A model generated the notes under the pieces. It searched no databases and was not told where the DNA came from. It saw nothing but the letters and a program-made list of their open reading frames with translations. Shown piece by piece: positions 40,357 to 51,400 of a stretch of 64,000 nt of DNA. This stretch comes from an uncultured bacterium (lineage in GTDB: Bacteria; Krumholzibacteriota; Krumholzibacteriia; Krumholzibacteriales; Krumholzibacteriaceae). The first letter of the stretch is position 1, and each line of letters starts with the position of its first letter. Location of the stretch: assembly GCA_963813815.1 (NCBI GenBank), contig CAWFAD010000012.1:32001-96000 (forward strand). The letters run 5' to 3'. The position numbers and the translations under genes were made by a program.

Positions 40357-42315
40357 CTACTGGCGTTCCTCGAGGAGATGCTCGACGACGTGCGGGTCGG
40401 CGAGCGTCGTCGTATCGCCGACCTCGGTGCTGCCGGTCGCGATGACTTTGAGGATGCGACGCATGATCTTGCCGCTGCGCGTCTTCGGGAGCGCGTCGGC
40501 GAACTGTATCTTGTCGGGCTTCGCGATGGGCCCGATCATTTTCGAGACGTGGTTGCGAAGCTCTTCCTTGAGCTTGTCGCTCTTGTCGAACCCGCCGGTG
40601 AGCGTGACGAACGCGTAGAGCCCCTCGCCCTTGATCTCGTGCGGCATCGGCACGACCGCCGCCTCGGCGACCGCCTCGTGGCTCACGAGGGCGCTCTCGA
40701 CTTCCATCGTTCCGATCCGGTGGCCCGAGACGTTGATCACGTCGTCGACGCGGCCCATGAGCCAGAAATAGCCGTCCTCGTCCTTGCGCGCGCCGTCGCC
40801 CGTGAAGTACACGCCCTTGTAGCGGCTGTAGTACTGATCCTGGTACCGCTGGTCGTCGCCCCACACCGTGCGGAGCTGTCCCGGCCACGGCTTCTCGATG
40901 ATGAGATAGCCGCCTTCGTTCGTGTCGCACGGCGAGCCGTCCTCGCGGACGACCTTGGGGAACACGCCCGGGAACGGCAGCGTCGCTGAGCCCGGCTTCA
41001 GCGGGAACGCGCCGGGAAGCGGCGTGATGAGGATGCCGCCCGTTTCCGTCTGCCACCACGTGTCGACGATCGGGCAGCGTTCCTTGCCGATCACCCGGTA
41101 GTACCACATCCAGGCCTCGGGATTGATCGGCTCGCCGACCGAGCCGAGGAGGCGCAGGCTCGAGAGGTCGTTCTTCGCCGGCCATTCGTCGCCGTCGCGC
41201 GCGATCGCGCGGATGGCGGTCGGCGCGGTGTAGAAGACCGACACTTTGTACTTCGAAACAACCTTCCAGAAACGATCCGGCTCGGGATAGCTCGGAACGC
41301 CCTCGAACATGACGGTCGTCGCGCCGTTCGAGAGCGGCCCGTACACGATGTACGAGTGGCCGGTGATCCAGCCGATATCGGCGGTGCACCAGTAGATGTC
41401 TTCCTCGCGCAGATCGAAGATGAGCTTGTTCGTCATGGTCACGTACACGAGATAGCCGCCCGTCGTGTGGACGACGCCCTTCGGCTTGCCCGTCGTGCCG
41501 CTCGTGTAGAGAATGAACGAGAGGTCCTCGGCTTCGACGTGCGTCGGCTCGCAGGTTTCGGAGACCTTCGCCATCTCCTCGTGCCACCAGAAGTCTTTGC
41601 CCTTGTTCATCGTGACATCGAGCCCCGTGCGCTTGACGACGATCACGTGCTCGATCGTCGGGCAGGCGCCGAGAACGGAATCGGCTCCGGTCTTGAGCGG
41701 CACAGCCTTGCCCCGGCGGTAGCTCCCGTCGCTCGTGATGAGCATCTTGGCGCCCGCGTCGATGATGCGGTCCTTGAGCGATTCGGCGCTGAAGCCGCCG
41801 AACACGATCGAGTGGATCGCGCCGATGCGCGTGCAGGCGAGCATCGCGATCGCGAGCTCGGGGATCATCGGAAGGTACAGGTTGACCCGATCGCCCTTCT
41901 TGATCCCGTGCGCCTTGAGGACGTTCGCGAACTTGCTGACCTCGCGATGGAGCTCCTTGTACGTGTACTTTTTCGAATCGGTGAGCGGCTCGCCTTCCCA
42001 GATGAGGGCGATCTTGTCGCCCTTCGTCTTGAGGTGCCGGTCGAGGCAGTTATAAGAGATGTTGGTCGTGCCGCCGGAGAACCATTTCACGAAGGGGGCT
42101 TTGCCGTAGTCGAGCACCTTGTCCCACTTCTTGAACCAGTGAATACAGTTCGCCTGCTCGGCCCAGAAACCCTCGAGATCCTTCTCGGATTTGCCGTAGA
42201 GCTTCTTGTACTCATCCATGCTCTTGATGTGAGCCTTCTCGACGAAGCTCTTCGGGGGATTGAAAACCCGGCGCTCATCGAGCATCGAAGTGATGGTTTT
42301 CCTCTCCGCTGCCAT
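40357..42315 (-). CDS. acs: Acetyl-CoA synthetase (AMP-forming)
   Basis: [42 protein letters not shown]. Confidence 0.97.
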   Translation of the reverse strand: MAAERKTITSMLDERRVFNPPKSFVEKAHIKSMDEYKKLYGKSEKDLEGFWAEQANCIHWFKKWDKVLDYGKAPFVKWFSGGTTNISYNCLDRHLKTKGDKIALIWEGEPLTDSKKYTYKELHREVSKFANVLKAHGIKKGDRVNLYLPMIPELAIAMLACTRIGAIHSIVFGGFSAESLKDRIIDAGAKMLITSDGSYRRGKAVPLKTGADSVLGACPTIEHVIVVKRTGLDVTMNKGKDFWWHEEMAKVSETCEPTHVEAEDLSFILYTSGTTGKPKGVVHTTGGYLVYVTMTNKLIFDLREEDIYWCTADIGWITGHSYIVYGPLSNGATTVMFEGVPSYPEPDRFWKVVSKYKVSVFYTAPTAIRAIARDGDEWPAKNDLSSLRLLGSVGEPINPEAWMWYYRVIGKERCPIVDTWWQTETGGILITPLPGAFPLKPGSATLPFPGVFPKVVREDGSPCDTNEGGYLIIEKPWPGQLRTVWGDDQRYQDQYYSRYKGVYFTGDGARKDEDGYFWLMGRVDDVINVSGHRIGTMEVESALVSHEAVAEAAVVPMPHEIKGEGLYAFVTLTGGFDKSDKLKEELRNHVSKMIGPIAKPDKIQFADALPKTRSGKIMRRILKVIATGSTEVGDTTTLADPHVVEHLLEERQ

Positions 42316-42404
42316 CTGCTACCTCCTGTAGGGTTTCCGTTCGCTCGCAGGATTATCGTTTCAGTCGGATACATGGTCGCGCAAAACGCGGCACTAAACG
42401 CTTG

Positions 42405-42433
42405 AATTTATTGAGATACTCCGCAAATGTCAA
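42405..42433 (-). promoter_or_regulatory. Sigma70-type promoter of acs
   Basis: TTGACA-17-TAAATT. Confidence 0.7.
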
Positions 42434-42580
42434 GACAAAATCGGTTTGGCGAATGGGGGTTCCGCAAACCTCTGGAAACGAATCCCCAGCCGGTATATAC
42501 TCTCACACTGCGGCGTTCGAGCGGCCCGTACCGGGCATGCAACGCCCTCCGCGAAACGGGACGCCGCGCCGCGAACGACC

Positions 42581-45500
42581 ATGCCGAAAAAGAGCGCATT
42601 ACGCCTTCCGCTCGCGGCCGCGATCCGGCCCTGCGCCGCCGTCGCCGCTCTGGCCATCGCCGCCGCGCCGGGGCCGCTTTTCGCCGTGGGCCACGCGCGG
42701 GATATCCGTTTCACGCAGATCTCCATCGAACAGGGGCTCTCGCAGAGCATCGTCGAGTGCATCATCCAGGACCGGCGCGGATTCATATGGATGGCCACCG
42801 AGGACGGGCTCAACAAGTTCGACGGGTACGATTTCACGATTCTCCGCCACGATCCCGACGATCCGAACAGCCTCGTCTACAACCAGCTCCTCTCCCTCTG
42901 CGAGGACCGCGACGGCCGCATATGGATCGGAACGTTCCAGGGCGGCCTCAACCGCTACGATCCCGCGACGAGGCGCTTTACCCTCTACACGCACGCGATC
43001 GGCGATTCCACGAGCATCAGCCACAATTCGATAAACGCGATCGTCGATACGAAGGCCGGGGACCTCTGGATCGGCACCGATAACGGGCTCAACCGCTACG
43101 AGCGCCGAACGGATTCCTTCACCCGCTTTTACGGCGACTCGACCGGCGAGAACGGACCCGGCCACAGCGGAATCCGCTGCATCCTCGAGGATCGCGGCGG
43201 CGGGGTCTGGATCGGCACGAACGGCGGCGGCCTCAGCCGTTACGACCCGGCGAGCGGCCGATGGAGGCGCTACGCGCACGATCCCGGCGATCCCGGAAGC
43301 CTCAGCCACAACACGGTGCGCGCGATCCGCGAGGACCATGAGGGCGCGCTCTGGGTCGGCACCGTCGGCGGCGGACTCAACCGGCTCGACCGCCGGACGG
43401 ATCGCTTCACCCGCTACCGGCACGACCAGGACGATCCGAAGAGTCTCGCTCACGATCAGGTGTTCGATATCCTCGAGGACCGCACAGGCGCCCTTTGGAT
43501 CGGCACCAACGGCGGAGGGCTCGACCTCTTCGATCGCGAGACCGGCGGTTTCATTCACTATCGGAACGATCCGAACGATCCGAACAGCTTGAGCTTCGAC
43601 GAGATTCACGACATCTTCGAGGATCGATCGGGGATTCTGTGGCTCGGCACCTACGGGGGCGGGGCGAACAAGTTCGACACGAAGCGAAAGAGCTTCGTTC
43701 TCTACCGCCCGAATCCGGCGGATCCGGCGAGCGGGCTCAGCGCCGAGATCGTGTGGTCGATCAGCGAGGACGAGCGGGGAATCCTGTGGATCGGCACGCA
43801 CGGAGGCGGGCTCAACCGCCTCGACCGCGCAACCGGGCGCTACCGGCACTACCGCCACGATCCGGGCGATCCAACGAGCCTGAGCTCCGACATTGTGCGG
43901 ATCGTGTACCGGGACCGTTCCGGAGCCTTCTGGATCGGCACGCACGGAGGCGGCCTCTGCAGGTTCGACCGCTCGAGCGGCCGCTTCACCGCCTATCGTC
44001 ACGACCCATCCGATCCGTCGAGCCTGAGCCATGACGAGATCAGATCGATATACGAGGATCGGCAGGGCGCGCTCTGGCTCGGCACGAACGGCGGCGGTCT
44101 CAACCGCATGGACCGCGCGACCGGCGTTTTCCGCCGCTACCGGTCCGATCCCAATGATTCAACGAGCCTCAGCAACGATTTCGTGCGCGCGATCTACGAG
44201 GACGACTCGGGGGGCTTCTGGATCGGCACGCAGGGGGGAGGGCTCAACCGCCTCGACCGCTCGACGGGCGTATTCACGCCGTTCCGGGCGAACCGGCTCG
44301 ACGCGGGCGGCATCAGCAACGATTACATCTTCTCCATCTTCGAGGATTCGCGGCGAGGTATGTGGATCGCCACCTGGGGCGGCGGGTTCAACAGGTTCGA
44401 CCGGCAGACGGGGACCTTCAGGCACTATACGATGAAGGACGGCCTCCCCAACAACTCCGTCTACGGCATGCTCGAGGACGAGGACGGCAACCTCTGGCTC
44501 AGCACGAACCGCGGGATATCGAGATTCGACCCACGGACGGAAACCTTCAAGAACTACACCGACGAGGACGGGCTCCAGAGCAACGAGTTCAACGGAGGGG
44601 CGTTCTTCAAGAGCCCCGCCGGGGAGATGTTCTTCGGCGGGATCCACGGCTTCAACTCTTTCTTTCCGGGGGACATCAGGGACAATTCCTTCATCCCTCC
44701 CGTCATCATCACCTCGCTCTCGGTGCTGAACCGGCCGGCGGAGCTCGACACGCCGATCACGGATATTCATACGCTCCGGCTCTCGTATCGCGATTACCTT
44801 TTTTCGTTCGAGTTCGCCGCGCTCGATTTCACGGCGCCGGACAAGAATCAATACGCCTACCTGATGGAGGGCCTCGATCGCGATTGGATAGCGACCCCCG
44901 CGGGAAGGCGCCACGCGAGCTACACGACCCTGCCCCCGGCCGCTACGTCTTCAAGGTGAAGGGCTCGAACAACGACGGCGTATGGAACGAGACGCCCGCG
45001 ACGATATCGATCGTCATCACGCCTCCCTACTGGCGAACGCTCTGGTTTCGAAAAATGATATACTTTTTTTGCTGAAAGGCTGGCGCCGTTGTACCTGTAC
45101 CTTCGGTACCATGTCGAATGTGGCATGCTGTTGGCCGGTTACAGTGCTTCAAATTCAATGATGATTCATACCACGATCATCAGACATGACCGCGCTGCAT
45201 AGCCTAGCCACACGTGGTCTGCAGCGGCGTAAGGTCACGCGAATCAAAAGCACAAAAAATGTGCAACTTTTAGCATCCAGAGGTTTGGATATTTCCACAG
45301 TACATAATTGAGGGGATCATCTTCATGCACCACTCTTGGCAGCCGCAAGGTCATCCCGGGTGGTATCACGCTGCAGTGTGGTACTTATATGATATTACTT
45401 TTTTTTGGCTGAAAGGCTGGCGCCGTTGTACCCCTGTACCCTTTCAGGTACCATGTCCGAATGTGGCATGCTGTTGGCCCGGTTAACCAGTGCTTCAAAT

Positions 45501-46535
45501 TCAATGATGATTCATACCACGATCATCAGACATGACCGCGCTGCATAGCCTAGCCACACGTGGTGCTGCAGCGGCGTAAGGTCACGCGAATCAACTGCAC
45601 AAAAAATGTGCAACTTTTGCAGCACCAGAGGTTTGGATATTTGAGTATAATTAATATTAGAATTAGATATTTTATATTTATATTTATAATTATATTTATC
45701 TATTTAATATATTTTTTTTTTTTATACCTCGCCGCCGGCTTCATGGTCGCCGGGGTCGCGACCGTCTTTTACCGTCGCCGGCTCACCGGCGTCCGGCTCG
45801 CCGCCGAGCTCAGGGCGGCGCACAAGGCGCAGATGTCGATCATGCCCCAGTCGGATCCGGCGATCGAGGGGTTCGAAATCTCCGGAACCTGCATCCCCGC
45901 CTACGAGGTCGGAGGCGATTTCTACGATTACTTCTGGCTCGGGAAGGATCGCCGCCGCTTCGGCATCGCCGTCGGCGACGTCGCGGGGAAGGCCATGAAC
46001 GCCGCGATGATATCGGTCATGTCGAGCGGCATGCTCTCCTCGAAGGTCGATAACGCCGTTTCGGTCGCCGGCCTCATGCGCGACCTCAACGGGCCGCTCT
46101 TCAACAAGACCGACGATTACGTGTTCACGGCGCTCTGTCTTCTCTCGCTCGACGCCGGAGCGAAATCTGGCGTCTTACAGCGTCGCCGGATTCAACAACC
46201 CCATTCTCAAATCCCGCGCGGGCGTGCGTTCGCTCCCCGGACGGGGACCGCAGTTCCCCCTCGGGAGCCTCGAGAACATCGCCTACGAGGAGACGGCCCT
46301 GCGGCTCGAACGTGGAGACGTTCTCCTTGTGTTTTCGGACGGACTCATCGAGGAGCGGAACAAGGCGGGCGAATTCTTCGGCCTCGAGCGCCTGCGCGCG
46401 CTTCTCGAGACCCTCGACACGGCGGGCATGACGGCGCGCGGGATCAAGGAGTCGATCGTCTCGGAGGTGCTCGCCTTCGCCGGAAAGCGGCGCCATGACG
46501 ACGACATCACGCTCGTCGTCGTGAAGGCCGCCTAA
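42581..46535 (+). pseudogene. Sensor phosphatase (Reg_prop beta-propellers + Y_Y_Y + TM + SpoIIE/PP2C), apparently disrupted by two frameshifts and an insert
   Basis: About 14 D..G.lWiGT.ggGLnr repeats, SNEFNGGA, LDFTAPDKNQYAY, (frameshift ~44938) GRYVFKVKGSN...PPYWRTLWFR; after the insert LAAGFMV...EVGGDFYD, GDVAGK; (frameshift ~46170) FSDGLIE, DDITL. The disruptions may be assembly errors. Confidence 0.8.
45051..45725. other. Foreign low-GC insert: two imperfect direct copies (45055-45294, 45389-45642) plus an almost pure A/T tract (45643-45725)
   Basis: Direct comparison; the second copy differs mainly by extra single bases; composition unlike the flanks. Confidence 0.85.
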
Positions 46536-47299
46536 GACGCTTTCTTGATCGCGCGGACGATGACGCTTTCGGCGGGGCTCCGCGGAGCCCCCTGAAACGG
46601 ATACGGAACCTCTTCGATCACCCGGACATCCTCGAATCCCGCCCCGCGGATGAGCGCGAGATAATCGTTCTTGAGCGACGCGTTCGCGATGCAGCCGACG
46701 AGAAGCTCTTCGGATTCGCGCAGCTCCTCCGGCAGTGGCTCGAGAAGAACGATATCGGAGACGACGAGACGTCCGCCGGGCCGGAGCACCCGCAGCGCTT
46801 CGTCGAAAACCCGCGCCTTGTCCGGCGAAAGATTCACGACGCAGTTCGAGATGACGATATCGACCGAGGCGTCCGCCGCGGGCAGGTTCTCGATCTCCCC
46901 GAGCCTGAACTCGACGTTGTCGAGGCGGCCGTCCGACGCCGCGCGACGGGCCCGGTCGATCATTTCGGGTGTCATATCGACGCCGATGACGCGGCCCGAC
47001 GGACCCACCGCCTTCGCGGCTATGAAGCAGTCGAGCCCCGGCCCCGAGCCGAGGTCGAGGACGGTCTCCCCCTTCCGTGGCTTCGCGTGCGCGATCGGGT
47101 TGCCGCAGGAGAGACCGGCGATGGGGACTCCGGGCGCGCCCGCGAGATCCCCCGCCGCGTACCCCATCCCCTCGAAGAACGACTCCGCCGACTCGTTCCC
47201 TCCGCAGCACGAGCTACCGCCCGGCCTGCACGAGCAGGAGGTGCGGGCTATTTTCGCGTACCCTTCCCGAACCGTCTTTCTCATCCGATCCTTTTCCAT
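46532..47299 (-). CDS. arsM: Arsenite S-adenosylmethionine methyltransferase
   Basis: Cys-rich N-terminus (SCSC, SSCC), GLSCGNP, LDLGSGPGLD, GVDMTPEM, ISNCVVNL, VGCIANA. Confidence 0.9.
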   Translation of the reverse strand: MEKDRMRKTVREGYAKIARTSCSCRPGGSSCCGGNESAESFFEGMGYAAGDLAGAPGVPIAGLSCGNPIAHAKPRKGETVLDLGSGPGLDCFIAAKAVGPSGRVIGVDMTPEMIDRARRAASDGRLDNVEFRLGEIENLPAADASVDIVISNCVVNLSPDKARVFDEALRVLRPGGRLVVSDIVLLEPLPEELRESEELLVGCIANASLKNDYLALIRGAGFEDVRVIEEVPYPFQGAPRSPAESVIVRAIKKAS

Positions 47300-47339
47300 A
47301 GCGCCTCCTTGACGCCCCGCCGTGCGGCGCGCCGCCCGA

Positions 47340-47720
47340 CTATGCGCCGCAACCGTGACCGTGTCCGTGGTGCCCGCACGAGTTGTCCGCGGTGAGCTCC
47401 TCGAGCGCTCCCCTCTTCAACGCCTCGACGTTGTCGCGGACCGTGCCGGGCATCGAGCGGTACACGCGAATCCCCGCGTCGTTCAGCCGCTCGACCGCCC
47501 GCGCGCCGATCCCGCCAACGATGATCGCTTCGACATTCGCGCCTTCGAGCCCCTGCAGCGGCCGGCACGCGCCGTGGGCGTGGTGCTGGTCGCCGTTATC
47601 GACGACGCGCGACTCGCCGGAATCTCCGTCGACGATCAGGAACCGCTCGGCCGAGCCGAAATGCCCGTAGGGCTCCCCTTCCATGCCGCGCACGTCGTTC
47701 ACCGGAATGCAGATCCGCAT
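47340..47720 (-). CDS. NifB/NifX-family metal-cluster-binding protein
   Basis: HFGSAERF, HHAHGAC, IIVGGIG, His/Cys tail CGHHGHGHGC. Confidence 0.85.
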   Translation of the reverse strand: MRICIPVNDVRGMEGEPYGHFGSAERFLIVDGDSGESRVVDNGDQHHAHGACRPLQGLEGANVEAIIVGGIGARAVERLNDAGIRVYRSMPGTVRDNVEALKRGALEELTADNSCGHHGHGHGCGA

Positions 47721-47730
47721 CGTGTTTCTC

Positions 47731-48072
47731 CTATTCGTTTTTGCCGAGGTCCAGCATTTCCTTCATCATGGGGCCGAGCATCGCTCGCACGCCGCCGGCG
47801 AGGCTCTCGGCCTTGACGAGCGTGAGGCAGCACGTCTTTCCGCGCCCCCCGCGCCCACCGTGCCCGCCGTGGAAGATGATGGCGAGCTTTTCCCCCGCGC
47901 CGATTCCGGCGCGCTCCCGCACGTCCTTCGGCAGGACGACTTGGCCGCGCTCGTCGACCGACACGACGGCCTCTATCCGGCAGCAGCCCCCGAGGGCTCC
48001 CCGGCCACCCCCGCGCATCCCTCTCTGCCCGCAGCAGCCGTCCCCGCCGATTCCAGATCGCTTTCCGCTCAC
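47731..48072 (-). CDS. AbrB-fold protein with CC motifs (HgcC-like)
   Basis: CCRIEAVVSVDERGQVVLPKDVRERAGIGAGEKL...CCLTLVKA; SD GAAGGAGG before GTG. Confidence 0.75.
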   Translation of the reverse strand: MSGKRSGIGGDGCCGQRGMRGGGRGALGGCCRIEAVVSVDERGQVVLPKDVRERAGIGAGEKLAIIFHGGHGGRGGRGKTCCLTLVKAESLAGGVRAMLGPMMKEMLDLGKNE

Positions 48073-48121
48073 GTAGCCTCCTTCATGTTCGGCGCACACG
48101 GACGCCATAAACGCACAATAT

Positions 48122-48152
48122 TCAGAATATTATGATTTATCTGATTTGTCAA
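48122..48152 (-). promoter_or_regulatory. Promoter with overlapping inverted-repeat operator for the AbrB-NifX-arsM operon
   Basis: TTGACA-17-TATTCT; TCAGA...TCTGA inverted repeat (48122-48144) spans the spacer and -10. Confidence 0.6.
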
Positions 48153-48420
48153 TGGTCAATGATTGAGCGTTATCCCTCGCCGCGGGAATCATAACGCGGA
48201 TGCGCGGCTCCGCCGTAGCTCTCTCAAAGGCATGGCATTCGACGCAATTATTCCATCAATAGATATTTATGATGACTTTAACTCTAGCTTATGCTACCCT
48301 AGCTGTGACTGGGGGATTCTTAATTCATTTCTAAATGGGTCTAGCCGTATTGAGGGAACTCTTTCCGAAACCTCAATCCGCCTTCCGCGGGTTGAGTGGT
48401 TATCCAAGGGGGGATCGTTG

Positions 48421-51400
48421 ATGAAAAAGGTGTTAGCCCTCGTGATCGGCGTCGGCCTCATTGCCCTGCTCATCGGCTCGGTCGCAGCCCGCGAAATTGC
48501 GAATCCCGGCAAGCGTCCCGTGAGAGATTGGTCGAGCGATGAGTCGCTCGATCTCGTCGATCCGGGTCTGCGCGGCCTCTACGAGACCGCCGCCGCGGAT
48601 ACGTACTGCATGGTCTGGTACACCTTTGAGACCAACAACTGGATGGGTTGGACCCCGATCGACAACACGGCTCAGGTGGATACGTTTTTCCACGTGGACG
48701 ACTTCGCCGGCCTCGGCACCTCCTGGACTCCGCTCGAGGGCTTGAAGTCGATGTGGTGCGGAGCCGAAGAGGACCTTGATGATCCGTACATGTGCTCGTG
48801 GGAGTACGCCCCTGGCTACGGCAACTACTGGAACCAGATGCTGACGAGCGATCCGTTCGCCTTCCAAGGCACGATCAGCTTCACGTATACGATCAGGTGG
48901 GATTCGGAGCCCGGATACGATTACACTCGGATCGAGTACGACGCTGGCGGCGGCAGCTGGGTGGAGCTTGCTGAGTTCGACGACCTCGGCGACAGCACGG
49001 GAACCGTTCTCGTGTACACGACGCAGGCTCGGACGAAGCTTCGCTTCCACTTCACGGCCGACGGCGCCTGGAGCGATCAGGACGGCCTGTGGAACACGAA
49101 CGGCGCGTGCGTCGTCGACGCTCTGCGCATTCAGGACGCCGCGACGCTCAACCTGTACGAGAACTTCGAGACCGCGGCCGTCGACGCGAAAGACGCGGGG
49201 ATCTGGCACGCGCGTCCGGAGACTCCATACGGCAGCTTCGCCGGCCTGTACACCGGCCTGACCGACAAGGATCCGTGCGGCGACAACTTCGGCACGCAGG
49301 TCGTGTTCTTCGTCGGGTCGAGCGAGATCAGCACGAGCTACCCGGGTCTCTTCGACACTCCGTTCTGCACGGGCCCCGGCGGCACCAGCGCACCGTGCCA
49401 GGATGAGGGCATCGTGTCTCCGATCATCGACATGACGATGTACTCGACGCTCTGCAACAACGTTCAGGACGGCACCATCCCGTCTACCGATCTGAACCTG
49501 CTCGGAGGCGCCATTCTCCGGTTCACCTCGTACCGCGATCTGCCGCTCTCGAACCTCGTGTTCTACACGTGGTCCGTCCGGTCGATCATCGACGGGTGCC
49601 CCGGCCAGTGGGTGGACGATAACTTCGTTTACTACGGCGCCGACATGGATTACATCTATGGAGGAGCCGGCGACGTGAGCAAGTTCATCGGCGGCAACGA
49701 TCCGGTGCAGATCAGAATCGGTTGCACGGACATGTGCGACGCCTGGTACAACACGTACGGCAACTGCGCGGCGCACACTCCGTCGCCCTGGGTCGACAAC
49801 GTGCGCCTGTACCGGTACAAAACCGCCGGTCCGCAGTGGGGATCGCGCGACCTGGATTTCTTCCAGGACAACTTCCCCGAGGCTGAGTACAACATCGAGA
49901 GCTACGTCCGCTGCGACGCGGCGAACGACATCTTCGCGGGCGACAACCCGGTCATCCATCCGGGCGACTCGCTCGTGGTCGATTGCACGTCGATTATCGC
50001 GGACGGGCTCAAAGAGGACAACACCTTCGGCGGCGCCTCCGTGTACATCAACGTGAGAGCCAGCTACATCGGCCCCGCGCCGACGAAACCGGCTCTCAGC
50101 GGCGCCGCGCTCGCCGGATCGGTTCTCGTCAACGACGATCCGGAGACGTACGTGAACTTCAACTACGTGAGCACGAGCGGTGCCTGGACGAAGATTCAGT
50201 GCGACACCGCCCGGACGGGCGCCGGCATCGTCGACGGCAAGTACATGGTCGACCTCAACGACGAGCTCTTCACCCGCGGCTACAAGATCGACTACTACTT
50301 CACGGCCACGGACAAGAAGAACGTCACTTCGGCGTACCCGCGCTACTCGCGCTCGGGCCCGCCGTACTTCGAGTGGACCTGTCTCCCGACGCTCAACACC
50401 GACGTGCTCTTCGTAGATGACGGCTACGTCGAGCTGTACTGGCTGCCGGTCTTCGACGCCGTGCTGGCTCTGCCGGACGCCAAGATCGACATCTACGACG
50501 TGAACGCCCCGAGCTCGGGCGTCTCCAACGGTCCGGGAAGCCGTGCGAAGAACTACCAGCTGAGAAGCACGTACGAGACGATCGTGTGGGATTGCGGCGC
50601 CTACGAGTCCGTGACGATCAGCGAGGGCACGGCCCACAGCGACAAGTCGAACGACTGCCAGATGCTCGTCGACTGGATGAGCCTCTCGGAGCACCAGTGC
50701 GGCCTCTGGGTCTGCGGCGACGACATCGCCTTCGACCTGGACGGCGCGGCCGGCGGCTCCGCGCTTCTCCTCATGAGCTCCTGGTGCGGCGTTGACTACG
50801 TCGCGACGAGCTACTTCGAAGAGACGGGCGGCCGGTTGAGCGGCGGCGTCGTGACGCCGCTTCTCACGGGCAACACCGACTCGGGCATCTTCGTTCACAG
50901 CGGCGTGCCCGACAAGCTGTACGCCTCCGGCGCCTGCTTCATCATCAACCAGTTCGACTGCCTCGAGAAGACGGCCGGCGGCAAGTACGCTCTGAGCTAC
51001 CCTGCGTATCTCGGAACGAACTACTACGGCGCCATCTCGAAGGCGACCACGAACACGAGCGGGTTCCCGGTCCGCACCATGTGGTTCGGATTCAGCTACG
51101 CGTTTGTTCGTGACGACGTCAACACGGCTCCGATGGACAAGTTCGAGATCGCGAACGACGTTCTCGTCTGGATGCAGAACGAGACGAACCTCGTGATTTC
51201 GGGCAACGAGACTCCGTCGGCCTACGCGCTCGCGCAGAACTTCCCGAACCCCTTCAACCCGTCGACGACCATCCGGATCGACATGCGGGAGAAGGGCTTT
51301 GTGACGTTGAAGATCTACAACGTCGCCGGGCAGCTCGTGCGCACGCTCGTTGACGGCGTGAAGGATGCGGGTTCCTACAACATCGCCTGGGACGGCATGA

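Noticed and set aside
42700..44600. CRISPR-like or DNA-level repeat array
   Set aside because: The recurring motifs are degenerate protein-coding propeller repeats; no CRISPR array or cas genes in the window.
44930..44945. Programmed frameshift in the Reg_prop gene (CTGCCCCCGGCCGC)
   Set aside because: One base missing at a C/G homopolymer next to an error-rich insert; artefact more likely.
45140..45190. Hammerhead ribozyme or viroid-like circle in the 334-bp unit (CUGAUGA on the minus strand)
   Set aside because: No stem II followed by GAAA and no rod-like self-complementarity visible.
45560..45725. ORF 45560..46498 N-terminus with an apparent hydrophobic I/F/Y segment
   Set aside because: It is just the translation of the A/T tract; only the part after ~45725 is genuine coding sequence.
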